In this document: positions 36,001 to 51,900 of the stretch, one piece after another
How the letters are laid out: the number at the start of each line of letters is the position of its first letter
Position numbering within the stretch: position 1 is the stretch's first letter
Source of the DNA: Nemertoderma westbladi
Lineage: Eukaryota; Animalia; Xenacoelomorpha
Reading direction: 5' to 3'
DNA length: 64,000 bases
NCBI GenBank assembly: GCA_032718475.1
Contig: JAUCBJ010008890.1
Coordinates: 136,392 to 200,391 of the forward strand
Notes under the pieces: generated by a model
Seen by the model: the letters and a program-made list of their open reading frames with translations, nothing else
The model's database searches: none
What the model was told of the DNA's origin: nothing
Translations under genes and position numbers: made by a program

Positions 36001-39000
36001 AACGTGGTTTATTTATAAAATATCCTATCCCACACTGAACTTGGTTTATTTATAAAATATCCTATCCCACACTGAACTTGGTTTATTTATAAAATATCCT
36101 ATCCCACACTGAACTTGGTTTATTTATAAAACATCCTATCCCACACTGAACTTGGTTTATTTATAAAATATCCTATCCCACACTGAACTTGGTTTATTTA
36201 TAAAATATCCTATCCCACACTGAACACTGAACTTGGTTTATTTATAAAATATCCTATCCCACACTGAACTTGGTTTATTTATAAAACATCCTATCCCACA
36301 CTGAACTTGGTTTATTTATAAAATATCCTATCCCACACTGAACACTGAACTTGGTTTATTTATAAAATATCCTATCCCACACTGAACACTGTACTTGGTT
36401 TATTTATAAAATATCCTATCCCACACTGAACTTGGTTTATTTATAAAATATCCTATCCCACACTGAACTTGGTTTATTTATAAAATATCCTATCCCACAC
36501 TGAACTTGGTTTATTTATAAAACATCCTATCCCACACTGAACTTGGTTTATTTATAAAATATCCTATCCCACACTGAACACTGAACTTGGTTTATTTATA
36601 AAATATCCTATCCCACACTGAACACTGTACTTGGTTTATTTATAAAATATCCTATCCCACACTGAACTTGGTTTATTTATAAAATATCCTATCCCACACT
36701 GAACACTGAACTTGGTTTATTTATAAAATATCCTATCCCACACTGAACACTAAACTTGGTTTATTTATAAAATATCCTATCCCACACTGAACTTGGTTTA
36801 TTTATAAAATATCCTATCCCACACTGAACACTGAACTTGGTTTATTTATAAAATATCCTAACCCACACTGAACACTGAACTTGGTTTATTTATAAAATAT
36901 CCTATCCCACACTGAACACTGAACTTGGTTTATTTATAAAATATCCTATCCCACACTGAACACTGAACTTGGTTTATTTATAAAATATCCTATCCCACAC
37001 TGAACTTGGTTTATTTATAAAATATCCTATCCCACACTGAACTTGGTTTATTTATAAAATATCCTATCCCACACTGAACTTGGTTTATTTATAAAATATC
37101 CTATCCCACACTGAACTTGGTTTATTTATAAAATATCCTATCCCACACTGAACACTGAACTTGGTTTATTTATAAAATATCCTATCCCACACTGAACTTG
37201 GTTTATTTATAAAATATCCTATCCCACACTGAACACTGAACTTGGTTTATTTATAAAATATCCTATCCCACACTGAACACTGAACACTGAACTTGGTTTA
37301 TTTATAAAATATCCTATCCCACACTGAACACTGAACTTGGATTTATTTATAAAATATCCTATCCCACACTGAACACTGAACTTGGTTTATTTATAAAATA
37401 TCCTATCCCACACTGAACTTGGTTTATTTATAAAATATCCTATCCCACACTGAACTTGGTTTATTTATAAAATATCCTATCCCACACTGAACTTGGTTTA
37501 TTTATAAAATATCCTATCCCACACTGAACTTGGTTTATTTATAAAATATCCTATCCCACACTGAACTTGGTTTATTTATAAAATATCCTATCCCACACTG
37601 AACTTGGTTTATTTATAAAACATCCTAACCCACACTGAACTTGGTTTATTTATAAAATATCCTATCCCACACTGAACTTGGTTTATTTATAAAATATCCT
37701 ATCCCACACTGAACACTTAACTTGGTTTATTTATAAAATATCCTATCCCACACTGAAATTGGTTTATTTATAAAACATCCTATCCCACACTGAACTTGGT
37801 TTATTTATAAAATATCCTATCCCACACTGAACTTGGTTTATTTATAAAATATCCTATCCCACACTGAACTTGGTTTATTTATAAAACATCCTATCCCACA
37901 CTGAACTTGGTTTATTTATAAAATATCCTATCCCACACTGAACTTGGTTTATTTATAAAACATCCTATCCCACACTGAACTTGGTTTATTTATAAAATAT
38001 CCTATCCCACACTGAACACTGAACTTGGTTTATTTATAAAATATCCTATCCCACACTGAACTTGGTTTATTTATAAAATATCCTATCCCACACTGAACAC
38101 TGAACTTGGTTTATTTATAAAATATCCTATCCCACACTGAACTTGGTTTATTTATAACACATCCTATCCCACACTGAACATGGTTTATTTATAAAATATC
38201 CTATCCCACACTGAACTTGGTTTATTTATAAAATATCCTATCCCACACTGAACTTGGTTTATTTATAAAACATCCTATCCCACACTGAACTTGGTTTATT
38301 TATAAAATATCCTATCCCACACTGAACTTGGTTTATTTATAAAACATCCTATCCCACACTGAACTTGGTTTATTTATAAAATATCCTATCCCACACTGAA
38401 CACTGAACTTGGTTTATTTATAAAATATCCTATCCCACACTGAACTTGGTTTATTTATAAAATATCCTATCCAACACTGAACACTGAACTTGGTTTATTT
38501 ATAAAATATCCTATCCCACACTGAACTTGGTTTATTTATAAAATATCCTATCCCACACTGAACTTGGTTTATTTATAAAATATCCTATCCCACACTGAAC
38601 ACTGAACTTGGTTTATTTATAAAATATCCTATCCCACACTGAACTTGGTTTATTTATAAAACATCCTATCCCACACTGAACTTGGTTTATTTATAAAATA
38701 TCCTATCCCACACTGAACTTGGTTTATTTATAAAATATCCTATCCCACACTGAACTTGGTTTATTTATAAAATATCCTATCCCAAACTGAACACTGAACT
38801 TGGTTTATTTATAAAATATCCTATCCCACACTGAACTTGGTTTATTTATAAAACATCCTATCCCGCACTGAACACTGAACTTGGTTTATTTATAAAACAT
38901 CCTATCCCACACTGAACTTGGTTTATTTATAAAATATCCTATCCCACACTGAACTTGGTTTATTTATAAAATATCCTATCCCACACTGAACTTGGTTTAT

Positions 39001-42000
39001 TTATAAAATATCCTATCCCAAACTGAACACTGAACTTGGTTTATTTATAAAATATCCTATCCCACACTGAACTTGGTTTATTTATAAAACATCCTATCCC
39101 GCACTGAACACTGAACTTGGTTTATTTATAAAATATCCTATCCCACACTGAACACTGAACTTGGTTTATTTATAAAATATCCTATCCCACACTGAACACT
39201 GAACTTGGTTTATTTATAAAATATCCTATCCCACACTGAACACTGTACTTGGTTTATTTATAAAATATCCTATCCCACACTGAACTTGGTTTATTTATAA
39301 AATATCCTATCCCACACTGAACTTGGTTTATTTATAAAATATCCTATCCCACACTGAACTTGGTTTATTTATAAAACATCCTATCCCACACTGAACTTGG
39401 TTTATTTATAAAATATCCTATCCCACACTGAACACTGAACTTGGTTTATTTATAAAATATCCTATCCCACACTGAACACTGTACTTGGTTTATTTATAAA
39501 ATATCCTATCCCACACTGAACTTGGTTTATTTATAAAATATCCTATCCCACACTGAACACTGAACTTGGTTTATTTATAAAATATCCTATCCCACACTGA
39601 ACACTGAACTTGGTTTATTTATAAAATATCCTATCCCACACTGAACTTGGTTTATTTATAAAATATCCTATCCCACACTGAACTTGGTTTATTTATAAAA
39701 TATCCTATCCCACACTGAACTTGGTTTATTTATAAAATATCCTATCCCACACTGAACTTGGTTTATTTATAAAATATCCTATCCCACACTGAACTTGGTT
39801 TATTTATAAAATATCCTATCCCACACTGAACTTGGTTTATTTATAAAATATCCTATCCCACACTGAACTTGGTTTATTTATAAAATATCATATCCCACAC
39901 TGAACTTGGTTTATATATAAAATATCATATCCCACACTGAACTTGGTTTATTTATAAAATATCATATCCCACACTGAACTTGGTTTATTTATAAAATATC
40001 CTATCCCCCACTGAACTTGGTTTATTTATAAAATATCCTATCCCACACTGAACTTGGTTTATTTATAAAATATCCTATCCCACACTGAACTTGGTTTATT
40101 TATAAAATATCATATCCCACACTGAACTTGGTTTATTTATAAAATATCCTATCCCACACTGAACTTGGTTTATTTATAAAATATCCTATCCCACACTGAA
40201 CTTGGTTTATTTATAAAATATCCTATCCCACACTGAACTTGGTTTATTTATAAAATATCCTATCCTACACTGAACTTGGTTTATTTATAAAATATCCTAT
40301 CCCACACTGAACACTGAACTTGGTTTATTTATAAAATATCCTATCCCACACTGAACACTGAACTTGGTTTATTTATAAAATATCCTATCCCACACTGAAC
40401 ACTGAACTTGGTTTATTTATAAAATATCCTATCCCACACTGAACACTGAACTTGGTTTATTTATAAAATATCCTATCCCACACTGAACACTGAACTTGGT
40501 TTATTTATAAAATATCCTATCCCACACTGAACTTGGTTTATTTATAAAATATCCTATCCCACACTGAACTTGGTTTATTTATAAAATATCCTATCCCACA
40601 CTGAACACTGAACTTGGTTTATTTATAAAATATCCTATCCCACACTGAACTTGGTTTATTTATAAAATATCATATCCCACACTGAATTTGGTTTATTTAT
40701 AAAATATCCTATCCCACACTGAACTTGGTTTATTTATAAAATATCATATCCCACACTGAACTTGGTTTATATATAAAATATCCTATCCCACACTGAACTT
40801 GGTTTATTTATAAAATATCATATCCCACACTGAACTTGGTTTATTTATAAAATATCCTATCCCACACTGAACTTGGTTTATTTATAAAATATCCTATCCC
40901 ACACTGAACTTGGTTTATTTGTAAAATATCCTATCCCACACTGAACTTGGTTTATTTATAAAATATCCTATCCCACACTGAACTTGGTTTATTTATAAAA
41001 TATCCTATCCCACTCTGAACTTGGTTTATTTATAAAATATCCTATCCCACAGTGAACTTGGTTTATTTATAAAATATCCTATCCCACACTGAACTTGGTT
41101 TATTTTTAAAATATCCTATCCCGCACTGAACACTGAACGTGGTTTATTTATAAAATATCCTATCCCACACTGAACTTGGTTTATTTATAAAATATCCTAT
41201 CCCGCACTGAACACTGAACGTGGTTTATTTATAAAATATCCTATCCCACACTGAACTTGGTTTATTTATAAAATATCCTATCCCACACTGAACTTGGTTT
41301 ATTTATAAAATATCCTATCCCACAGTGAACTTGATTTATTTATAAAATATCCTATCCCACACTGAACTTGATTTATTTATAAAATATCCTATCCCACACT
41401 GAACTTGGTTTATTTAAAAAATATCCTATCCCACACTGAACTTGGTTTATTTTTAAAATATCCTATCCCACACTGAACTTGGTTTATTTATAAAATATCC
41501 TATCCCACACTGAACTTGGTTTATTTATAAAATATCCTATCCCACACTGAACTTGGTTTATTTATAAAATATCCTATCCCACACTGAACTTGGTTTATTT
41601 ATAAAATATCCTATCCCACACTGAACTTGGTTTTTTTATAAAATATCCTATCCCACACTGAACACTGAACTTGGTTTATTTATAAAATATCCTATCCCGC
41701 ACTGAACACTGAACGTTGTTTATTTATAAAATATCCTATCCCACACTGAACTTGGTTTATTTATAAAATATCCTATCCCACACTGAACTTGGTTTATTTA
41801 TAAAATATCCTATCCCACACTGAACTTGGTTTATTTATAAAATATCCTATCCCACACTGAACTTGGTTTATTTATAAAATATCCTATCCCACACTGAACT
41901 TGGTTTATTTATAAAATATCCTATCCCACAGTGAACTTGGTTTATTTATAAAATATCCTATCCCACACTGAACACTGAACTTGGTTTATTTATAAAATAT

Positions 42001-45000
42001 CCTATCCCACAGTGAACTTGGTTTATTTATAAAATATCCTATCCCACACTGAACACTGAACTTGGTTTATTTATAAAATATCCTATCCCACACTGAACTT
42101 GGTTTATATATAAAATATCCTATCCCACACTGAACTTAGTTTATTTATAAAATATCCTATCCCACACTGAACTTGGTTTATTTATAAAATATCCTATCCC
42201 ACACTGAACGTGGTTTATTTATAAAATATCCTATCCCACACTGAACTTGGTTTATTTATAAAATATCCTATCCCACACTGAACTTGGTTTATTTATAAAA
42301 TATCCTATCCCACACTGAACTTGGTTTATTTATAAAACATCCTATCCCACACTGAACTTGGTTTATTTATAAAATATCCTATCCCACACTGAACTTGGTT
42401 TATTTATAAAATATCCTATCCCACACTGAACACTGAACTTGGTTTATTTATAAAATATCCTATCCCACACTGAACTTGGTTTATTTATAAAACATCCTAT
42501 CCCACACTGAACTTGGTTTATTTATAAAATATCCTATCCCACACTGAACACTGAACTTGGTTTATTTATAAAATATCCTATCCCACACTGAACACTGTAC
42601 TTGGTTTATTTATAAAATATCCTATCCCACACTGAACTTGGTTTATTTATAAAATATCCTATCCCACACTGAACTTGGTTTATTTATAAAATATCCTATC
42701 CCACACTGAACTTGGTTTATTTATAAAACATCCTATCCCACACTGAACTTGGTTTATTTATAAAATATCCTATCCCACACTGAACACTGTACTTGGTTTA
42801 TTTATAAAATATCCTATCCCACACTGAACTTGGTTTATTTATAAAATATCCTATCCCACACTGAACACTGAACTTGGTTTATTTATAAAATATCCTATCC
42901 CACACTGAACACTAAACTTGGTTTATTTATAAAATATCCTATCCCACACTGAACTTGGTTTATTTATAAAATATCCTATCCCACACTGAACACTGAACTT
43001 GGTTTATTTATAAAATATCCTAACCCACACTGAACACTGAACTTGGTTTATTTATAAAATATCCTATCCCACACTGAACACTGAACTTGGTTTATTTATA
43101 AAATATCCTATCCCACACTGAACACTGAACTTGGTTTATTTATAAAATATCCTATCCCACACTGAACTTGGTTTATTTATAAAATATCCTATCCCACACT
43201 GAACTTGGTTTATTTATAAAATATCCTATCCCACACTGAACTTGGTTTATTTATAAAATATCCTATCCCACACTGAACTTGGTTTATTTATAAAATATCC
43301 TATCCCACACTGAACACTGAACTTGGTTTATTTATAAAATATCCTATCCCACACTGAACTTGGTTTATTTATAAAATATCCTATCCCACACTGAACACTG
43401 AACTTGGTTTATTTATAAAATATCCTATCCCACACTGAACACTGAACTTGGTTTATTTATAAAATATCCTATCCCACACTGAACACTGAACTTGGATTTA
43501 TTTATAAAATATCCTATCCCACACTGAACACTGAACTTGGTTTATTTATAAAATATCCTATCCCACACTGAACTTGGTTTATTTATAAAATATCCTATCC
43601 CACACTGAACTTGGTTTATTTATAAAATATCCTATCCCACACTGAACTTGGTTTATTTATAAAATATCCTATCCCACACTGAACTTGGTTTATTTATAAA
43701 ATATCCTATCCCACACTGAACTTGGTTTATTTATAAAATATCCTATCCCACACTGAACTTGGTTTATTTATAAAACATCCTAACCCACACTGAACTTGGT
43801 TTATTTATAAAATATCCTATCCCACACTGAACTTGGTTTATTTATAAAATATCCTATCCCACACTGAACACTTAACTTGGTTTATTTATAAAATATCCTA
43901 TCCCACACTGAACTTGGTTTATTTATAAAACATCCTATCCCACACTGAACTTGGTTTATTTATAAAATATCCTATCCCACACTGAACTTGGTTTATTTAT
44001 AAAATATCCTATCCCACACTGAACTTGGTTTATTTATAAAACATCCTATCCCACACTGAACTTGGTTTATTTATAAAATATCCTATCCCACACTGAACTT
44101 GGTTTATTTATAAAACATCCTATCCCACACTGAACTTGGTTTATTTATAAAATATCCTATCCCACACTGAACACTGAACTTGGTTTATTTATAAAATATC
44201 CTATCCCACACTGAACTTGGTTTATTTATAAAATATCCTATCCCACACTGAACACTGAACTTGGTTTATTTATAAAATATCCTATCCCACACTGAACTTG
44301 GTTTATTTATAACACATCCTATCCCACACTGAACTTGGTTTATTTATAAAATATCCTATCCCACACTGAACTTGGTTTATTTATAAAATATCCTATCCCA
44401 CACTGAACTTGGTTTATTTATAAAACATCCTATCCCACACTGAACTTGGTTTATTTATAAAATATCCTATCCCACACTGAACTTGGTTTATTTATAAAAC
44501 ATCCTATCCCACACTGAACTTGGTTTATTTATAAAATATCCTATCCCACACTGAACACTGAACTTGGTTTATTTATAAAATATCCTATCCCACACTGAAC
44601 TTGGTTTATTTATAAAATATCCTATCCAACACTGAACACTGAACTTGGTTTATTTATAAAATATCCTATCCCACACTGAACTTGGTTTATTTATAAAATA
44701 TCCTATCCCACACTGAACTTGGTTTATTTATAAAATATCCTATCCCACACTGAACACTGAACTTGGTTTATTTATAAAATATCCTACCCCACACTGAACT
44801 TGGTTTATTTATAAAACATCCTATCCCACACTGAACTTGGTTTATTTATAAAATATCCTATCCCACACTGAACTTGGTTTATTTATAAAATATCCTATCC
44901 CACACTGAACTTGGTTTATTTATAAAATATCCTATCCCAAACTGAACACTGAACTTGGTTTATTTATAAAATATCCTATCCCACACTGAACTTGGTTTAT

Positions 45001-47546
45001 TTATAAAACATCCTATCCCGCACTGAACACTGAACTTGGTTTATTTATAAAACATCCTATCCCACACTGAACTTGGTTTATTTATAAAATATCCTATCCC
45101 ACACTGAACTTGGTTTATTTATAAAATATCCTATCCCACACTGAACTTGGTTTATTTATAAAATATCCTATCCCAAACTGAACACTGAACTTGGTTTATT
45201 TATAAAATATCCTATCCCACACTGAACTTGGTTTATTTATAAAACATCCTATCCCGCACTGAACACTGAACTTGGTTTATTTATAAAATATCCTATCCCA
45301 CACTGAACACTGAACTTGGTTTATTTATAAAATATCCTATCCCACACTGAACACTGAACTTGGTTTATTTATAAAATATCCTATCCCACACTGAACACTG
45401 TACTTGGTTTATTTATAAAATATCCTATCCCACACTGAACTTGGTTTATTTATAAAATATCCTATCCCACACTGAACTTGGTTTATTTATAAAATATCCT
45501 ATCCCACACTGAACTTGGTTTATTTATAAAACATCCTATCCCACACTGAACTTGGTTTATTTATAAAATATCCTATCCCACACTGAACACTGAACTTGGT
45601 TTATTTATAAAATATCCTATCCCACACTGAACACTGTACTTGGTTTATTTATAAAATATCCTATCCCACACTGAACTTGGTTTATTTATAAAATATCCTA
45701 TCCCACACTGAACTTGGTTTATTTATAAAATATCCTATCCCACACTGAACACTGAACTTGGTTTATTTATAAAATATCCTATCCCACACTGAACTTGGTT
45801 TATTTATAAAATATCCTATCCCACACTGAACTTGGTTTATTTATAAAATATCCTATCCCACACTGAACTTGGTTTATTTATAAAATATCCTATCCCACAC
45901 TGAACTTGGTTTATTTATAAAATATCCTATCCCACACTGAACTTGGTTTATTTATAAAATATCCTATCCCACACTGAACTTGGTTTATTTATAAAATATC
46001 CTATCCCACACTGAACTTGGTTTATTTATAAAATATCATATCCCACACTGAACTTGGTTTATATATAAAATATCATATCCCACACTGAACTTGGTTTATT
46101 TATAAAATATCATATCCCACACTGAACTTGGTTTATTTATAAAATATCCTATCCCACACTGAACTTGGTTTATTTATAAAATATCCTATCCCACACTGAA
46201 CGTGGTTTATTTATAAAATATCCTATCCCACACTGAACTTGGTTTATTTATAAAATATCCTATCCCACACTGAACTTGGTTTATTTATAAAATATCCTAT
46301 CCCACACTGAACTTGGTTTATTTATAAAATATCCTATCCCACACTGAACTTGGTTTATTTATAAAATATCCTATCCCACACTGAACGTGGTTTATTTATA
46401 AAATATCCTATCCCACACTGAACTTGGTTTATTTATAAAATATCATATCCCACACTGAGCTTGGTTTATATATAAAATATCATATCCCACACTGAACTTG
46501 GTTTATTTATAAAATATCATATCCCACACTGAACTTGGTTTATTTATAAAATATCCTATCCCACACTGAACTTGGTTTATTTATAAAATATCCTATCCCA
46601 CACTGAACTTGGTTTATTTATAAAATATCCTATCCCACACTGAACTTGGTTTATTTATAAAATATCCTATCCCACACTGAACTTGGTTTATTTATAAAAT
46701 ATCCTATCCCACACTGAACTTGGTTTATTTATAAAATATCCTATCCTACACTGAACTTGGTTTATTTATAAAATATCCTATCCCACACTGAACTTGGTTT
46801 ATTTATAAAATATCCTATCCCACACTGAACACTGAACTTGGTTTATTTATAAAATATCCTATCCCACACTGAACACTGAACTTGGTTTATTTATAAAATA
46901 TCCTATCCCACACTGAACACTGAACTTGGTTTATTTATAAAATATCCTATCCCACACTGAACTTGGTTTATTTATAAAATATCCTATCCCACACTGAACA
47001 CTGTACTTGGTTTATTTATAAAATATCATATCCCACACTGAACTTGGTTTATATATAAAATATCCTATCCCACACTGAACTTGGTTTATTTATAAAATAT
47101 CCTATCCCACACTGAACTTGGTTTATTTATAAAATATCCTATCCCACACTGAACTTGGTTTATTTATAAAATATCCTATCCCACACTGAACTTGGTTTAT
47201 TTATAAAATATCATATCCCACACTGAACTTGGTTTATTTATAAAATATCCTATCCCACACTGAACTTGGTTTATTTATAAAATATCCTATCCCACACTGA
47301 ACTTGGTTTATTTATAAAATATCCTATCCCACACTGAACTTGGTTTATTTATAAAATATCCTATCCCACACTGAACTTGGTTTATTTATAAAATATCCTA
47401 TCCCACACTGAACTTGGTTTATTTATAAAATATCCTATCCTACACTGAACTTGGTTTATTTATAAAATATCCTATCCCACACTGAACTTGGTTTATTTAT
47501 AAAATATCCTATCCCACACTGAACACTAAATTTGGTTTATTTATAA
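24041..47546. repeat. 23.5 kb satellite array; 37 bp monomer tatcctatcccacactgaacttggtttatttataaaa with 44 and 51 bp variants (extra actgaac)
   Basis: Uninterrupted head-to-tail monomers (roughly 600), very homogeneous; variant monomers recur in fixed order. Confidence 0.99.
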
Positions 47547-47668
47547 CTTCAAAGAAAATAATATATTATTACAATCTTTATTTAGAATTTATCTTATTGA
47601 GCTGCGTCGATTGATATAACTTTCATTGACGGACGAGCTATAGCTTCGGAGGAGTTCATCTGGCTGAT

Positions 47669-47759
47669 ATACATACATACATACATACATACATACATAC
47701 ATACATACATACATACATACATACATACATACATACATACATACATACATACATACATA
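47669..47759. repeat. (ATAC)n microsatellite
   Basis: About 22 perfect units followed by gataga. Confidence 0.97.
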
Positions 47760-48404
47760 GATAGATAAATAGTGAATACTTTTACAGTAACGGTCTTCTA
47801 ATAAGCTTCAGTGGAACTAAGCGAGTAGAATTAATATATTTTAAAATTAATTAATGTTGGTGAAACACATCATCATCAACTGCAGCTTGACAATCCAAAC
47901 TAAATTTGTGAGCATCTACAGTGGTATCTACAGTATTAATAGATACTATAAATACTAATGTAGAAGCCAGACGCGCGAAGCGTTATGGCTGTGTTTATGC
48001 CGTAATAATTGGCTTTTAATGGTTTGTAGGCAGACCCAAGTGTAAAGCAAAGCAAGAAACCCGTTACAATATAATGTATAATCTATGAGAGATAGAAATA
48101 AAATAAAATATTGAGGGTCTTTAGCTGGTTATATTATATTAAATAAAGATACAATAGTAAACGTTTTCGACCTACCGGTCTGCATCAGACTATGTACTGG
48201 CAACTAACAGGAAAAGGTGGGGGTCTATATACTGTAATAGTATATCTTAAGTAAAGCTTCTCATTGGGTCATGTGTTAATGGCTATTCTGAACCGGAGGG
48301 AAATTTCCCCAGATACTTCTATATCTAAAGCTCAAATTGTGTATGTATGTACCGGTATGTATGTTTGTATTGCGCGCCTGGCATGCTAGTGGCATACCTA
48401 CAGT

Positions 48405-48720
48405 ACAATGGTGTAGGCCTGTAGTGTCTGGTGGATATGAATGCATTGTACATGATACATAGAACCCACGTAGCATTCCCGTGTTATGTGCCATCCGAAG
48501 ATTTGGTGTCCTCGGCAGTTAGAGCACAACATGGACTCCCATGTGGGAGCACTGGTACTACTGCAGCTCTAAATAATTTAATCTAAATTTACGGCATATT
48601 CTGTGTGACTTCCAAATCCTGGAAAGCCCATCCACTGCTGCCCAGGCCTTTCCCTTAAGTATTCAAAGGTGACTCAATACTTTGAAGGCTCACCTGACTT
48701 CCAGATCCATGTTATAGGTA
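48405..48720 (-). mobile_element. Degenerate fragment of the same RTE-like family
   Basis: Reverse complement aligns to ~3000-3290 (gatttggtgtcctc, gtgacttccaaatcctggaaagcc, cacctgacttcc). Confidence 0.85.
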
Positions 48721-48963
48721 TATAAGTTAAAAAATAAATACATAAATTAATTTTATAAATTATAATATAAAAAACATATGGTTCATTTTATAATAATTTA
48801 ATGTTATTAATTATACGTAATTGCAAATTAGTAACTTTAAAATTGATTATTATTATTATTACAGTATATTTTTTATTGATATTGATAATATTATTAATTT
48901 ATTATTATTGCAATAGTATTTTTTATTATTATTATTACAGTTTTTGTAATGATGTTTAGCTTT

Positions 48964-51900
48964 TTACTCCAAATCACCATTAATAATATAATGATATACA
49001 AACACCCGATCTAACTGTGTTTCCGTTATCACCATTGTCCCTTTATACGCTGCAATGCCTCCTATCTGAGAATGACCTACCGCTACCGTCCCCAGGTACA
49101 GGCCGTTGTGTGTGTAAGCGTGCACCGAAGTCATATCCTCTAATTCCCTATCGACCACTTTACTTTTAGTCGCAAAGAAATATACACCTTTTTCATCGAT
49201 GGCTAGTTTATAAGCTCCCAGTATCTTACCAATGTGGCCTGAAAGCGGTTGTATATTTTTCTCTTCTGTTGTGACTCTCTGAGAAGTAAACATCTCTGTT
49301 GTTAATGAGGAAAGTTGCGAGTTATATCTTTTCACAATCTCGGTGGAACCAGAGGTTTTGTATTTCTGCAAGGCCTTTAACGATTTACATTTTCCGCAAA
49401 AGGCTATATCGAGTGTCCCACTACCAAAATAAGCTAGCTTGGATATTCCTTTAACTCTAGGCATGCGATTATCTGCTGTCCATATTTGAGTACCTTCTAT
49501 TGCCACGCGTTTCTGTGCATTCAATTTGTACGATCGTTCTGGTAAATCATTCTTGATCTTAATTATAGTGTCTCCTCTGTCCCCTATAATGTAAATAAAC
49601 CCATCAGTGTCTTCACCAATACCTCCAGCTACACCCCTAAACCCTCGCTTACCGAGTTTATCGTTATTAAAGCGTTTCTTGCATCGTAAAATAAAGTTGA
49701 CCTTTTTTTCTCTTCCAATCCGCTTTATTGACGTGTCTCCACTAACCAGGAAATCTCCCCCCGCTATCCCCCCGATGTGCTTCGCTTTACCTCCGACTGG
49801 AATCACATCAACGACTTCACCATCGAAACTCACAACCTGAATCCGACTGTTGCCGCTGTCTATGACCGCGAAGCCATTGAGTTCGGAACACACAGCCACC
49901 CCGGATGGAGATTTAAAGTTCCCTCGTCCTGCACCTCGATCTGATAAACAGCGTCGAATTATACTTGTAATGTGTATGATTCTACCAGGTTGGATAACAT
50001 CCTCAGTTAAATGCAATTTGAGATTATTAATCTGTTGATCCGACAATGGAGCTAAGTGAATATTTATTAAGGATGATGTTGGAGTTGCTGTGTAGCTGTA
50101 TGTCGATGGGGTGGTGCAGCTGGTAGCTGTTGTCGGTACTACTGGAGTATTGACCTCACTGGACAAGGTCACAATATTTCTGCTCACATTAGGCCTAAAA
50201 TTTGCAAGTATGTTTGAAATTTGCGCCGATTGAGACTGTAGAAAGGTTGATGTCTCTGTATCCCTAGTCACTTGACTGTCGTTACTTAAATTATTAGATT
50301 CACCAGCTGGTTCACCAGTGTCTTCTGTACTTGACGTAGTTACTGGAAATAAGTTAACCCAAGTGCAAAAGTTGTCGGGTCTACTGGAAGCCGTTGTTAC
50401 TACTGCTGACGTCGATTCGTTACTTGGTAAGTTTATGGATAAGGCAATGGAATTAGAGGAAATAGATGATGAAGTAATGCTGTCAGTTACAGTTACTGGT
50501 GTTGTTGCTGAAATGACATCAGATGATGATGTTGTAGTGTCAGTCACTTGCGCTGGTTCTGAAATTACATCAGATGGTGAAGTTGTGGTGTCGGTTACAG
50601 ACCTTGTTGTGGATATGAGGTCAGATGATGAGGTTGTGGTGTGATTTACTTGCGCTGGTGCTGAAATGACATCAGAAGATGAAGTTGTGCTGTCAGTTAC
50701 TGGGTGTGTTGCAGAAATGACATCAGATGGTGACATTGTGCTGTCAGTTACTGACCTTGTTGTTGATATGAGGTCAGATGATGAGGTTTTGGTGTGATTT
50801 ACTTGCGCTGGTGCTGAAATGACATCAGAAGATGAAGTTGTGCAGTCAGTTACTGGGTGTGTTGCAGAAATGACATCAGATGGTGACATTGTGCTGTCAG
50901 TTACTGACCTTGTTGTTGATATGAGGTCAGATGATGAGGTTGTGGTGTGATTTACTTGCGCTGGTGCTGAAATGACATCAGAAGACGAAGTTGTGCTGTC
51001 AGTTACTGGGTGTGTTGCAGAAATGACATCAGATGGTGACATTGTGCTGTCAGTTACTGACCTTGTTATTGATATGAGGTCAGATGATGAGGTTGTGGTG
51101 TGATTTACTTGCGCTGGTGCTGAAATGACATCAGAAGATGAAGTTGTGCTGTCAGTTACTGGGTGTGTTGCAGAAATGACATCAGATGGTGACATTGTGC
51201 TGTCAGTTACTGACCTTGTTGTTGATATGAGGTCAGATGATGAGGTTGTAGTGTGATTTACTTGCGCTGGTGCTGAAATTACATCAGAAGATGAAGTTGT
51301 GGTGTCAGTTACTGGTGGTGTTGCTGAAATGACATCAGATGGTGACATTGTGCTGTCGGTTACAGACCTTGTTGTTGATATGAGGTCAGATGATGAGGTT
51401 GTGGTGCGATTTACTTGCGCTGGTACTGAAATGACAACAGAAGAAGAAGTTGTGCTGTCAGTTACTGGGGGTGTTGCAGAAATGACGTCTGATGATGACG
51501 TTGTGGGGTCGGTTACAGACCTTGTTGTTGTAATGAGATCAGATGATGAGGTTGTGGGGCTTGTGGTGTAATTTACTAACGTTGTTGGTGAAATTACAAC
51601 ATGCATTGACACAGATGGACATAAATCTGTGGAATTTGACGATATATGCACCAGATACAAATCCGATGTTGATGGTGGTGCTGAGCCCTGAGTTAAGGAT
51701 GTATTTCCTTCATTTGAAAGTGATATCAAGGAAAAATCGCTAGCGGGAGAACATGTAGCGAAGTTAAACAGTTGCCTTATAGAATCAGTCTGTGTGGTCA
51801 TCAACCGATGCGCATCCGAAGATATCCGCGATATTAGTTCGCTGCGACTAACAATTTGCACCGTATCGTAAAGAGAATGACTGTGTGGCGTTGGAAATTC

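Noticed and set aside
24041-47546. CRISPR-like array (37 bp repeat)
   Set aside because: No unique spacers, monomers are head-to-tail, no cas genes, eukaryotic context
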